From: an uncultured Spirochaetota bacterium
Lineage (GTDB): Bacteria; Spirochaetota; UBA4802; UBA5550
Assembly: GCA_963827275.1 (NCBI GenBank)
Contig: CAWHAA010000007.1
Location: 160,001-224,000, forward strand
DNA: 64,000 nucleotides
Direction: 5' to 3'
The notes under the pieces are model-generated. The model worked only from the letters and a program-made list of their open reading frames with translations. It did not search any database and had not been told where the DNA came from. Within the stretch, counting starts at the first letter, position 1. Every line of letters starts with the position of its first letter. Made by a program: the position numbers and the translations under genes. This document shows positions 41,327-50,908 of this stretch, one piece after another.

Positions 41327-42235
41327 ATGGAAAGCACTTATCTGACTCTGGCTTCCAAATCAAATTTCAACAAGGCGCTCAGGCACTTTTACATGGTGAG
41401 CGGCGTCGTTGAGGAAGTCGAGATGAACAAGAACCTGGCCGATGTCATCAACGACGGGCTGGACGAAAATGAAATTCACGAAGACCAGATACTGCCGATC
41501 GTGGGGGCTGTTATCCGCGACAAGTACGCGTTCAGCTATGATTCCTACAATATCGTCGAGCCGGTCACGGAATTCCAGAGGATCGTTGACGAAACCGGCA
41601 AGTGGTCGGCCATCGACATCGTGTGCGTCTACTACAACCCCGGCGGCAAGGTGTGCCTCGTCAACCCGAAAAATATCGACCACTGGGAGCGCGTGCACGA
41701 ACTTCACCCCGACCAGCTCATGGTGATATACGCCAAGTACCTGAAGGAAGACAATAAAAAGATCGAGAATGCCGCGATCAGCACCCTCGAGGAGATGATT
41801 GCCGGAAAGGACGTGTTCATCAACAAGGCGTTCATCGACCAGACCGTGATCCAGCGCAAGGTCGTGAAAAAAGAGAAAAAGGTAGAAGACCAGGGAAAGG
41901 GGGCGGCAAACATCACCCCGAAATACGCCGTGGAAGTGTCAAACGAGCTTTTCCACAACGGCAACGTAGAGGCATGGAAGAAGATAATGGAAAGCTTCAT
42001 GACCACGTATCCCGACCTGAAGGTGTACATCTACCACGGCGGCGAACTGGTCAATGATATAAACTCCCTGTTCAAATGGGGGAAGGTAAAGCACGGCGAT
42101 TCCATATTTTTCCAGGTGGCCGGCGATAATATCAGGGGCGTTTCGAAGCTCCAGAAGTATTTCTACGAAGGTGCCAGCCCGCGCTTCGAGCAATTCCTCA
42201 AGATCGAGGTCGGCCAGGTGCTCAGGCTGTTCTAA
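41327..42235 (+). CDS. Hypothetical protein with C-terminal HPr-like domain
   Basis: ATG after AAGGGAG. C-terminal ~90 aa aligns by eye to HPr (VEVSNELFH..., NSLFK..., HGDSIFFQVAGDN). Confidence 0.75.
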   Translation: MESTYLTLASKSNFNKALRHFYMVSGVVEEVEMNKNLADVINDGLDENEIHEDQILPIVGAVIRDKYAFSYDSYNIVEPVTEFQRIVDETGKWSAIDIVCVYYNPGGKVCLVNPKNIDHWERVHELHPDQLMVIYAKYLKEDNKKIENAAISTLEEMIAGKDVFINKAFIDQTVIQRKVVKKEKKVEDQGKGAANITPKYAVEVSNELFHNGNVEAWKKIMESFMTTYPDLKVYIYHGGELVNDINSLFKWGKVKHGDSIFFQVAGDNIRGVSKLQKYFYEGASPRFEQFLKIEVGQVLRLF

Positions 42236-42272
42236 ATCGTGACGGCGTCAAACCATAACCAGGAGACATGCA

Positions 42273-44882
42273 ATGGAAAATATAGTGTATTTTAATAAAA
42301 ACCTCAAGGAAGTGGACCCGAAGGTGCGGCAGCGGCTCGGCATTCGCGGGGGGAGGGCGGTCGACCTTGCCATGATGGGCCTGCCCATCGCGCCAGGCTT
42401 TATCATCGATTCACTTCTCACGCAGAAGCTGCCCCAGGTAAATTTAAAAGAGATACTGAGCACGCATATCGGCCAGCTCGAGAAAGACACAAAGAAGAAA
42501 TACGGGGACACGGAAAAGCCGCTCATGCTGAAAGTGGTGCTCAGCTCGGATCTGAACGTTCCCCACTTCCCGTCGATACACAACATCGGGATGAATGCCC
42601 AGACCGTGGAGGCGTTCGGTAAGTACACGGGGCGGGAATTCGCGTACGGCGAATACCTGTTCCTGATGAGGAACCTCGCGAAGAATATCTTCGAGGTGGA
42701 TACCACCGAGGTCAAAAAGATCGAGGCGAAGCTTGCCAGAAAAAGTGACGTCGAAGAGGTCAAGGCCGCCATCGAGGCATACCAGAAGCTGTTCGGTGAA
42801 AAATTCAGCGAAGACGTGTACGACCAGCTCAGCCTGATCATGAAGGCCGCATCGTCGCGGTACTGTGATTCGCCCATCGACGTGGACAATTCCCTGTCGA
42901 TCATGGTGCAGGTGATGGTGTACGGGACCTGGGGCAAGAATTCCTACGCGGGAAATTATTATACGAGGAACATCGTAACCGGCGACCCGGAAATACAGGG
43001 CGAATTCGGGCAGGGCGAGTTTGACATCCAGGCGGGAAAAGCCAGGGACATCTCCAAAATCGAGAAGAAGCACTATGACCATTTCACCGAGATCGCACGG
43101 AAGGTGGAGGACAACTTCAAGGAGATACGCGAGATAAAATTCACCATTGAAGAGAGCGATTTCTGGCTCGTCGAGCAGAAGGAGGTTGACGAGAAGTCGA
43201 CCCAGTCGCAGATAAAGGCACTGCTCGACCTGACGAGGAGAAAGATCGTCACCGATACCTATACAATAGCGAAGATAAAGCCGAACCAGCTCAATGAGCT
43301 CCTCCACCCGGTCATCGATCCCCGGACGATCAAGGGAATAAAGAGCATAAAGGGAGGGATTGCCGGCTCCACCGGCGCCGCCATCGGACGGGTGTTCTTT
43401 TCGACGCCGAAGCTCCTCGAGGAGCACAAGCGCGCGATCATGAAGGGCGGTGACCCGAAGCTCATACTGGTCATGCCCGCGTCGTTCGCCGAGGACGTGA
43501 AGGCCATCGAGGTGGCGCAGGGCGTTATCACGTGCGAGGGGGGGTTCTCGTCCCACGCGCCGGTCGTCGCCCGGAGCCTCGGCAAGGTCGCCATGGTGCA
43601 GCCGGAGATGAAGATCAAGGGCGACAGCTTCACGCTCGCCGGAAAGACCGTCCGAGAGGGCGACTACGTGTCGATCAATGTCCCCTACTACGAGGCCCCC
43701 ACCATCTTCATGGGAGAGGTCGGCCTTATCGAACCGGATTGGAAGAAGAACGGGCTCTTCGAGTTCCTTGACTTGGTGGAAAAGCATATCGGCGATTTCA
43801 ACGTGCGCGCCAACGCCGACCAGGGCAGGGACGCACTCGTCGCGAAGGACTTCAAGGCGAAGGGGATCGGACTCTGCCGGACCGAGCACATGTTCTTCAA
43901 CGAAAAGCGGATCATGAAATTCCGCGAAATGATTATCGCCGGCACTGAAGAGGAGCGGCGCAAGGTGCTGAAGGCGCTCCTCCCGATGCAGCGGTCCGAT
44001 TTTTACGACCTGTTCAAGATCATGGAGGGAAACCCGGTGACCATTCGCCTGCTCGACGCGCCGCTCCATGAATTCCTGCCCAGGACAGACGAGAGCATGA
44101 ATATATTCGTCCGGTACATGCAGGCAAAGGAACCCAAACTCAAAGCGCAGGATATCATCGCGCGTTGCGAGGAGCTGGGCGAGATGAATCCCATGCTGGG
44201 CCACCGGGGCTGCCGCGTGGCGGTGACCTACCCGGAGATTTACGAGATGCAGTGCAGGGCCATATTCGAGGCCGCCTGCATGTTGCGGAAAGAAGGCCAC
44301 AAGATAAAGCCGGAGATAATGATCCCGATCGTCATGAGCAAGGAGGAGATCAAGTTCATAAAGAACGGGAAGAAGATAGAGGGCAAGGAGGTAAAGGGTA
44401 TCCGGGACATCAAGAACGAGGTGGTCGAGGATTACGGCATCGAGGATCTCGACTACGAGGTGGGGACCATGATAGAGCTCCCGGCCGCTGCCCTCGGGGC
44501 CGGCGAGATCGCCCAGTATGCCGAATTCTTCAGCTTCGGCACCAATGACCTGACGCAGACGACCTACGGGCTGTCGCGGGACGACTCGAACTCGTTTTTC
44601 CCGAGCTATTCGCTCTTTGACCTCATGAAGTCGAACCTGTTCAAGTACCTTGGCGACGAGGTGAAGGAGCTGATCGGAATCGCGTCTTTGCGGGGAAGGC
44701 TGTCGCGGCCCGATATAAAGATGGGGCTGTGCGGGGAGCACGGCGCCAGTCCGGAAAATATTCAGTTCTGCATGGAGGCGGGGCTCAATTACGTGTCCTG
44801 CTCGCCGTACGCGATACCGCTGGCCAAGCTGGGGATCGCGCAGATCAATATAAAGAACACCCAGAAGCAGGGAGCGGCATAG
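42273..44882 (+). CDS. Pyruvate phosphate dikinase homologue with degenerate ATP-grasp domain
   Basis: GGFSSHAPVVAR, GIGLCRTEHMFF, IRLLD.PLHEFLP, NPMLGHRGCR, FSFGTNDLTQ and GLCGEHG are intact. N-terminal nucleotide-site motifs are substituted. Confidence 0.88.
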   Translation: MENIVYFNKNLKEVDPKVRQRLGIRGGRAVDLAMMGLPIAPGFIIDSLLTQKLPQVNLKEILSTHIGQLEKDTKKKYGDTEKPLMLKVVLSSDLNVPHFPSIHNIGMNAQTVEAFGKYTGREFAYGEYLFLMRNLAKNIFEVDTTEVKKIEAKLARKSDVEEVKAAIEAYQKLFGEKFSEDVYDQLSLIMKAASSRYCDSPIDVDNSLSIMVQVMVYGTWGKNSYAGNYYTRNIVTGDPEIQGEFGQGEFDIQAGKARDISKIEKKHYDHFTEIARKVEDNFKEIREIKFTIEESDFWLVEQKEVDEKSTQSQIKALLDLTRRKIVTDTYTIAKIKPNQLNELLHPVIDPRTIKGIKSIKGGIAGSTGAAIGRVFFSTPKLLEEHKRAIMKGGDPKLILVMPASFAEDVKAIEVAQGVITCEGGFSSHAPVVARSLGKVAMVQPEMKIKGDSFTLAGKTVREGDYVSINVPYYEAPTIFMGEVGLIEPDWKKNGLFEFLDLVEKHIGDFNVRANADQGRDALVAKDFKAKGIGLCRTEHMFFNEKRIMKFREMIIAGTEEERRKVLKALLPMQRSDFYDLFKIMEGNPVTIRLLDAPLHEFLPRTDESMNIFVRYMQAKEPKLKAQDIIARCEELGEMNPMLGHRGCRVAVTYPEIYEMQCRAIFEAACMLRKEGHKIKPEIMIPIVMSKEEIKFIKNGKKIEGKEVKGIRDIKNEVVEDYGIEDLDYEVGTMIELPAAALGAGEIAQYAEFFSFGTNDLTQTTYGLSRDDSNSFFPSYSLFDLMKSNLFKYLGDEVKELIGIASLRGRLSRPDIKMGLCGEHGASPENIQFCMEAGLNYVSCSPYAIPLAKLGIAQINIKNTQKQGAA

Positions 44883-44929
44883 CGTTCGGAATGACAATGA
44901 CTTCATCGCCGCAATGCGGCCGTATGAAG

Positions 44930-44971
44930 AAAAAACAAAACACCCGCTCTGACGCAGGTGTTTTGTTTTTT
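44930..44971. terminator. Bidirectional intrinsic terminator
   Basis: AAAAAACAAAACACC..GGTGTTTTGTTTTTT. Confidence 0.8.
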
Positions 44972-45283
44972 AAAAATGCGACACGTCGCGCATGGTAGTA
45001 TGTAGGCCAGGGCTACAACACCTGGTTATAATGAAGATTTTTAAATTTTCAAATGTTCACAACACTATAATAATGAGCGTGGATGCCTGCCTCGAGGGCC
45101 AACAGAGATGGCGGGAATAATTACTGGCGCTGGTGCGGCTGAATGGGTCCCAAACGGGGGCCGATTTTTTTAATGCCGTCCAGCATTCTGAATTCGGCTC
45201 ATAATAATCTTGACTCTCCCGCTCCATCAGGCAGAATGTGGCTGCATGGCATCATCATTCCACCCTACAAGGAGTATAACAAT

Positions 45284-46042
45284 ATGGCATACGAGACAAT
45301 ACTATTTGAAAAGCCTGAACCGGGAATCGGCGTCCTGACCCTCAACCGCCCGAATGCCTATAACGCTCTCAATCAGGCAATGATCCTCGAACTGGAGACA
45401 TTCTGGCGCGAGCGGCTCTATGACGCTGAAACGCGGGTCATCATACTCAAGGGGAATGGCGAGAAGGGCTTCTGCGCGGGTCTCGACATCAAGGACGCGG
45501 CGGCCAACGTGACGAAGATGAATGTCGAGGAATTCTACATGTTCCAGGCACGGTTTGCGCGGCTCAACCTGGGGATGCGCCGCTGTCCGCAGCCTATCAT
45601 CTGCTGCGTCCACGGGGCGGCGGCGGGCCAGGGGTTCAGCTTCACGCTCGCGTCAGACATCAGGGTCGTGAGCCCGGACGCGAAGTTCTGCGCCGCCTAT
45701 ATTAACATCGGCCTCGGCGGCGCCGACATGTCGTGCAGCTATTTCCTCCCGCGCATGATCGGCGCCGGACGCGCCTATGAGATCATGTACACGGGAGACT
45801 ATTACCCGGCCGAGGAAATGTACCGCCTGGGATTGATAAGCAGGATTGTGGAAAAGGACAAGCTCCTTGAGACGGGAATGGAGTATGCGAGGAAGCTCAT
45901 GACCAAGAAGCACCTGGCCCTCCGCCTTACCAAGGAAGCGGTAAATATGAATATCGATGCCTCAGGCCTGGAGCACGCGCTGAACATGGAAGACAGGAAC
46001 CAGACCCTCTGCGGTATCGGTACGTTTGTGAAGAATATTTAA
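45284..46042 (+). CDS. Enoyl-CoA hydratase/isomerase family protein
   Basis: LTLNRP..YNAL, FCAGLDI, PQPIICCVHG.AAG, LPRMIG..RA.EI. AAGGAG RBS. Confidence 0.92.
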   Translation: MAYETILFEKPEPGIGVLTLNRPNAYNALNQAMILELETFWRERLYDAETRVIILKGNGEKGFCAGLDIKDAAANVTKMNVEEFYMFQARFARLNLGMRRCPQPIICCVHGAAAGQGFSFTLASDIRVVSPDAKFCAAYINIGLGGADMSCSYFLPRMIGAGRAYEIMYTGDYYPAEEMYRLGLISRIVEKDKLLETGMEYARKLMTKKHLALRLTKEAVNMNIDASGLEHALNMEDRNQTLCGIGTFVKNI

Positions 46043-46072
46043 CGCTGAAGATTGTAGATCTGCTTTGAATGA

Positions 46073-46106
46073 CATGAAGGCGTGGCCACGTGGCCACGCC
46101 TTCATG
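46073..46106. repeat. Perfect 34-bp palindrome between convergent genes
   Basis: CATGAAGGCGTGGCCACGTGGCCACGCCTTCATG equals its own reverse complement. Confidence 0.9.
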
Positions 46107-46119
46107 GTTTCGGTCCGGA

Positions 46120-47304
46120 TTATCTGTCGAGGGCCGCGATGCCGGGCAGGGTCTTGCCTTCCAGGAGCTCAAGCCATGCGCCGCCGCCGGTGGAAATGTA
46201 GGATATCCTGTCGGCCACGCCCGACTGGTTGACCGCTGAAACGCTGTCGCCGCCGCCCACGATGCTCAGGCACCCGGAATCGGCGAGCGCCCTGGCTACC
46301 GCGTTGGTGCCTGCCGCGAAATTGGGCATCTCGAAGGCGCCCATCGGGCCGTTCCAGATGACTGTTTTCGACGCCTTGATCTTATCGCTGAACAGCTGTA
46401 TCGATTCGGGACCGATGTCAAGACCGATCATCCCGTCAGACATCTTGTCGGCCGGGACCACGGTCCGCGGCGAATTATTGTCGAACTCGGGCGCTGCCAC
46501 GATATCGACCGGCAGGATGATTTCAACGCCCTTTTTGACCGCTTCGTCCATGATCTCTTTCGCTGCTGCGACAAGGTCCGCCTCGAGGAGCGACTTCCCG
46601 ACATTCAGGCCCTTCGCCTTCATGAAGGTGAAGGCCATGCCGCCGCCGATGATGATGTAGTTCACTTTCGAGAGAATGTTTTTCATCGCGTCGAGTTTTG
46701 TCGATACCTTGGCGCCGCCGATGATGGCGCCAAGCGGGCGCTCGGGCTTGTCCATGGCCTTCTTGAAATACTCGATCTCGTTTTCGAGGAGGAACCCGGC
46801 CGCCGCCTCCTTCACGAATTTCGTGATGGCGTCGTTGGAAGAGTGGCCGCGGTGCGCCGCGGCAAAGGCGTCGTCGATATACACGTCGCACAGCGCGGCG
46901 AGCTGCTTCCCGAGTTCAGGGTCGTTTTTTTCCTCGCCGGGATAAAACCTGATATTTTCCAGGAGGACAATGTCGCCGTCCTTCATGGCGTCGATCGCTT
47001 TCCTGACCTCGTCGCCGAGCGGGGCATCAAGGAACGTTACGACCCTGCCGAGGATTGTGCCGAGACGGTCGGCTACCGGTTTCAGGCTCATTTCCGGGAC
47101 CCGCTTGCCCTTCGGCCTGCCCATGTGCGATACAATGATTATCTTGCATCCTTCCTTGAGGCAATAGTTGATGGTCGGCAGGGTGGCGGTTATCCGCGTG
47201 TCGTCGGTAATGTTCATGCTCTTGTCGTACGGGACGTTGTAGTCCACGCGTAGCATAACCCGTTTGCCCTTGATGTTCACCTTGTCGATGTACTTGATTG
47301 TCAT
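46120..47304 (-). CDS. pgk: Phosphoglycerate kinase
   Basis: RVDYNVP, SHMGRP, LLENIRF, GGAKVSTK, WNGPMG, STGGGA. Confidence 0.97.
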   Translation of the reverse strand: MTIKYIDKVNIKGKRVMLRVDYNVPYDKSMNITDDTRITATLPTINYCLKEGCKIIIVSHMGRPKGKRVPEMSLKPVADRLGTILGRVVTFLDAPLGDEVRKAIDAMKDGDIVLLENIRFYPGEEKNDPELGKQLAALCDVYIDDAFAAAHRGHSSNDAITKFVKEAAAGFLLENEIEYFKKAMDKPERPLGAIIGGAKVSTKLDAMKNILSKVNYIIIGGGMAFTFMKAKGLNVGKSLLEADLVAAAKEIMDEAVKKGVEIILPVDIVAAPEFDNNSPRTVVPADKMSDGMIGLDIGPESIQLFSDKIKASKTVIWNGPMGAFEMPNFAAGTNAVARALADSGCLSIVGGGDSVSAVNQSGVADRISYISTGGGAWLELLEGKTLPGIAALDR

Positions 47305-47397
47305 GGCCGCACCTCGAAAAAATATTTTTTGGGGAAGGCGGGGCGGCGGACCGCCGCCGGTCAACCTTCCCGGTATTCTCTGCTTGTGAAATACGCA

Positions 47398-48501
47398 TCA
47401 GACGTTCTGCTTTTCCCTTTCCAGCTCCTTTTTCTTTTTTCTCACCAGCGTCATTTTTGAAATGACGATCGACGACTCGTACAGGAGCCACAGCGGGACC
47501 GTCACGAGCGATTGGGTCAGTATGTCCTGGGTCGGCGTAATGACCGCCGATATGATGAAAATGATGACGATCGCCCACTTCCTGTTGCTCGACAGGAAGT
47601 GCGGCGTCACGATGCCTATCCTGGTAAGGATCATGATTATGATGGGAAACTCGAACAGGACCCCCATGAGGAAACAGAACAGGAACACGAACGAGATGTA
47701 TTCGCTGGCGCCGATAACGCTCGTGATGTCTTTTGCCACGAAGCTGAGGAGCATCTTTACCGTGAAGGGCATCAGGAGAAAATAGACGAAGGCGACGCCG
47801 GTGTAAAAGAGCGCTATCGATGCGATCAGGGCGATCCTGCCGAACCAGCGGTCCCCCTTCGCAATGGCCGGGAGAATGAAGCGCCACACCTGGAAGACGA
47901 TGAAGGGGAGGCCCGCCACCAGCGCGGCAATGGCCGCAACCTTGAGCCTCATCATAAACCCCTCGGATAGCTTGAATACGTTCAGCTTTAGCCCGGTGTC
48001 CGTGTACGGCTTGTTGATGAAATAGAGGAGCTCGTCCGAAAAGACAAAGCCCGCAATGATCAGGATCATGAAAACGATGACGCAGATCAGGAGGCGCGAC
48101 CTGAATTCACCCAGGTGGTCCACGAAGCTCATCGGCGTATCGCCCCGGGCAAGGGCCTCCGGATCGGCGGCCTCCTCTTCTTTTTCTTCAACAGTGGAGA
48201 CTTCTTTGCTCGTATCATCGTGCCTGGCGAAGAAATGGATTACCCGCTCGAGTCCCGTCATACCGGCGGTCTCCGCTGCGATTTTCTTTACAGCGTTGGG
48301 TACTTCCTTCATGAGAGGATTTTCTACCTTGTAGGGGAGGGCGCCGGCGGTCGTTGCCGGGGCCTGTTCGGCCGGCGGCACGGGTGCCTGTATGACCGGA
48401 GACTTTTTTGATGGCGCTTTGGCGCGTGCCTTCTTCACTGCAGCCGGTTTTTTATTCCCGCCGGTCGGTTTCGCCGTCTGCGGCTTCTTTGTTTTGGCCA
48501 A
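47398..48501 (-). CDS. tatC: Twin-arginine translocase TatC with long N-terminal extension
   Basis: MSFVDHLGEFRSRL, QVWRFILPA, FEFP, SAVITP, LYE. Confidence 0.92.
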   Translation of the reverse strand: MAKTKKPQTAKPTGGNKKPAAVKKARAKAPSKKSPVIQAPVPPAEQAPATTAGALPYKVENPLMKEVPNAVKKIAAETAGMTGLERVIHFFARHDDTSKEVSTVEEKEEEAADPEALARGDTPMSFVDHLGEFRSRLLICVIVFMILIIAGFVFSDELLYFINKPYTDTGLKLNVFKLSEGFMMRLKVAAIAALVAGLPFIVFQVWRFILPAIAKGDRWFGRIALIASIALFYTGVAFVYFLLMPFTVKMLLSFVAKDITSVIGASEYISFVFLFCFLMGVLFEFPIIIMILTRIGIVTPHFLSSNRKWAIVIIFIISAVITPTQDILTQSLVTVPLWLLYESSIVISKMTLVRKKKKELEREKQNV

Positions 48502-48929
48502 AGGAACGCTCCTTGCGTATAACGGATATGCCGATTGTCACTGGTATGTTGGTTGGCAGCGGATATACTGTCAAGTATTTTCGGGCAAAATGCTGCAATT
48601 CCCCGGGAGGGAGGGGCGGCCGGCGCTGCCGCGACCGCCTGCCATCAGATAATTTCGTACACGATGTCAGTAATCAGAATTTTATCGGGCGTAGTAAATT
48701 AATAAGTTGACATTTTAAATATGGTAGGGTGAACTTTTATAAAGTTATTATAACTCCTGTCCATCCATCTGGTGTTGGGGATGCACGGGGTTGGAGTTTT
48801 CCGAATATATCAGTCTCAGGTCCTTCTGCAGAATCATACACGGGCGAGGGACACCATGCCGTCCAAGTCTCAAGCATTCTAGATGGGTTTAAATAAAAAA
48901 TCTAACGAACGTAATTAAAAGGGGGTCCC

Positions 48930-50744
48930 ATGGCTAAATTTAAAGAAACATGCATGCCGGCAATTTTTCAGAATCAGGCTGAGAAATTGGGCGACAGGGC
49001 GTGCGTCGCTTACAAAAAGGGAGGCAAGTACGTTGATATATCCTGGACTGAAATGAACAGGATGATACATGATCTTGCATACTACCTGCTTTCACTCGGC
49101 GTGAAGAAAAACGACAAGATCGCCCTTTTCTCGCCCAACCGGTGGGAATGGTGGGTGGCGAGCCAGGCGACGCTTTCGATCGGCGCTATCAGCGTTCCGA
49201 TCTACGCGACGAACTCATCGGAGGAGTGCCTGTACATCATTGCCAATTCGGATTCACGTCTCTGCTTTGCCGGGACCGAAGACCACCTGAACAGGGTGCT
49301 CAAGGTCAAGCCGAAGCTTAAAAAACTGAAGAACCTCGTTATTTTTGACGAGTACAACAAGAAGCAGAAGGGGATACTGACCCTCTCGGAAGCCTTCAAG
49401 ATAGGACAGGGATACAAGAGGAAAAACGATTTCGACAAGCGCCTCGCTTCCATCAAGCCGGCCGATGTCTCCACGCTCATATATACGTCCGGGACGACCG
49501 GTAACCCGAAGGGCGTCATGCTGACGCATTCGAACTTTGTCTCCAATGCGAAGAACGTATACAGCCAGGTAAAGGACTACATGTCTGAGAAGGACATACT
49601 CCTGTCGTTCCTGCCACTCTCCCATTCACTCGAGATGACCTGCGGCTATTATATCCCGATTATTATCGGGTCCAAGGTGGCCTTCGCCGAGGACATATCG
49701 AAGCTGATGGAAAACTTTCAGGACGTTCGTCCCACGATCATCATCAGCGTGCCGCGGATTTACGAAAAAGTCCACGCGGGCATCCTTGCAAAGGTTGCAG
49801 ACGGGTCCGGCGCGAAAAAGGCCATATTCAAGTGGGCCAACAAAATGGCGGCAAAGAACCTGCCCTACATATGCAAAAACAGGGAGCGCACCGGCTTGTT
49901 CGCCTTCCAGTACAATCTCGCGGACAAACTCGTCTTTTCAAAGCTCAAGCAGGCGATCGGCCTTGACCAGCTCCAGTTCGCCATCTCGGGCGGCGGCCCG
50001 CTGTCCGTATCGGACGCGGAATTTTTCATCGGTATGGGCATCAAGATCCTCGAGGGCTTCGGTCTGACCGAAACCACGCCGGTTACCCACTTCAACAGGA
50101 ACGGCAACATCAAGCCCGGGACCGTCGGCCACCCGATACCGGAGACCAAGGTCAAGATCAGCGATGATGGCGAGCTCCTGATAAAGGGCCCGCAGGTCAT
50201 GAAAGGCTACTACAAGAACCCGGCGGCGACCAAAGAGGTCTTTACCAGGGACGGCTATTTCAGGACGGGCGACATCGCCGCCATCGACGAGGAAGGCTTC
50301 CTGAAAATAACCGGAAGGATCAAGGACATCATCGTGACCGCCGGCGGAAAGAACATATCCCCGCAGAACATCGAGAACAGCCTGAAGACATCGCAATTCA
50401 TCGAGCAGGCTGCCATCATCGGCGACCGGAGGAAGTACCTTACCGCCCTCATCATCCCGGCCTTTGACGCGCTCAAGAAATGGGCGAAGAGGAACAGCAT
50501 AGAGTTCTCCGGCACCAAGGACCTGATTGAAAGGCCCGAAGTGCAGAAGCTCATTGCCGGCGAGATCGAGAAATACACCAAGCAGTACGCCCGGGTCGAG
50601 CAGATACGCAAATTCAAGATCCTCGATGCCGAGTGGACGCAGGAGACGGGCGAGCTGACTCCGACCCAGAAGGTCAAGCGCCGGATCATCGAATCGAAAT
50701 ACGCGAAGGAGATAGATAGCCTCTATCCGGCCGGAGCCGATTAA
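48930..50744 (+). CDS. Long-chain fatty acid-CoA ligase
   Basis: YTSGTTGNPKG, FLPLSH, GFGLTET, TGD, GRIKD, ELTPTQK. Confidence 0.93.
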   Translation: MAKFKETCMPAIFQNQAEKLGDRACVAYKKGGKYVDISWTEMNRMIHDLAYYLLSLGVKKNDKIALFSPNRWEWWVASQATLSIGAISVPIYATNSSEECLYIIANSDSRLCFAGTEDHLNRVLKVKPKLKKLKNLVIFDEYNKKQKGILTLSEAFKIGQGYKRKNDFDKRLASIKPADVSTLIYTSGTTGNPKGVMLTHSNFVSNAKNVYSQVKDYMSEKDILLSFLPLSHSLEMTCGYYIPIIIGSKVAFAEDISKLMENFQDVRPTIIISVPRIYEKVHAGILAKVADGSGAKKAIFKWANKMAAKNLPYICKNRERTGLFAFQYNLADKLVFSKLKQAIGLDQLQFAISGGGPLSVSDAEFFIGMGIKILEGFGLTETTPVTHFNRNGNIKPGTVGHPIPETKVKISDDGELLIKGPQVMKGYYKNPAATKEVFTRDGYFRTGDIAAIDEEGFLKITGRIKDIIVTAGGKNISPQNIENSLKTSQFIEQAAIIGDRRKYLTALIIPAFDALKKWAKRNSIEFSGTKDLIERPEVQKLIAGEIEKYTKQYARVEQIRKFKILDAEWTQETGELTPTQKVKRRIIESKYAKEIDSLYPAGAD

Positions 50745-50774
50745 TCGCAGGAAAAATATAAGCAGCGCTAAACA

Positions 50775-50829
50775 AAAGGAGCCCTTGAAGGCGGGGTCAT
50801 CTGACGTTGCCTTCAGGGGCTCCTTTTTT
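50775..50829. terminator. Intrinsic terminator containing a degenerate copy of the dispersed palindrome
   Basis: AAAAGGAGCCC-TTGAAGGC...GCCTTCAG-GGGCTCCTTTTTT. Confidence 0.8.
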
Positions 50830-50908
50830 ATTTTTCGGGGCCGGAAAAAGAAAAATTCTGGACAGCAGGGGTTGATTGCATTAGCTGTTCATCATCCGAG
50901 GTCTATGA

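Noticed and set aside
42444..44906. 820-aa antisense ORF (also 51551-53140, 24595-26001 and 28614-30260)
   Set aside because: Shadow ORFs of GC-rich genes with biased codon use; no recognisable motifs.
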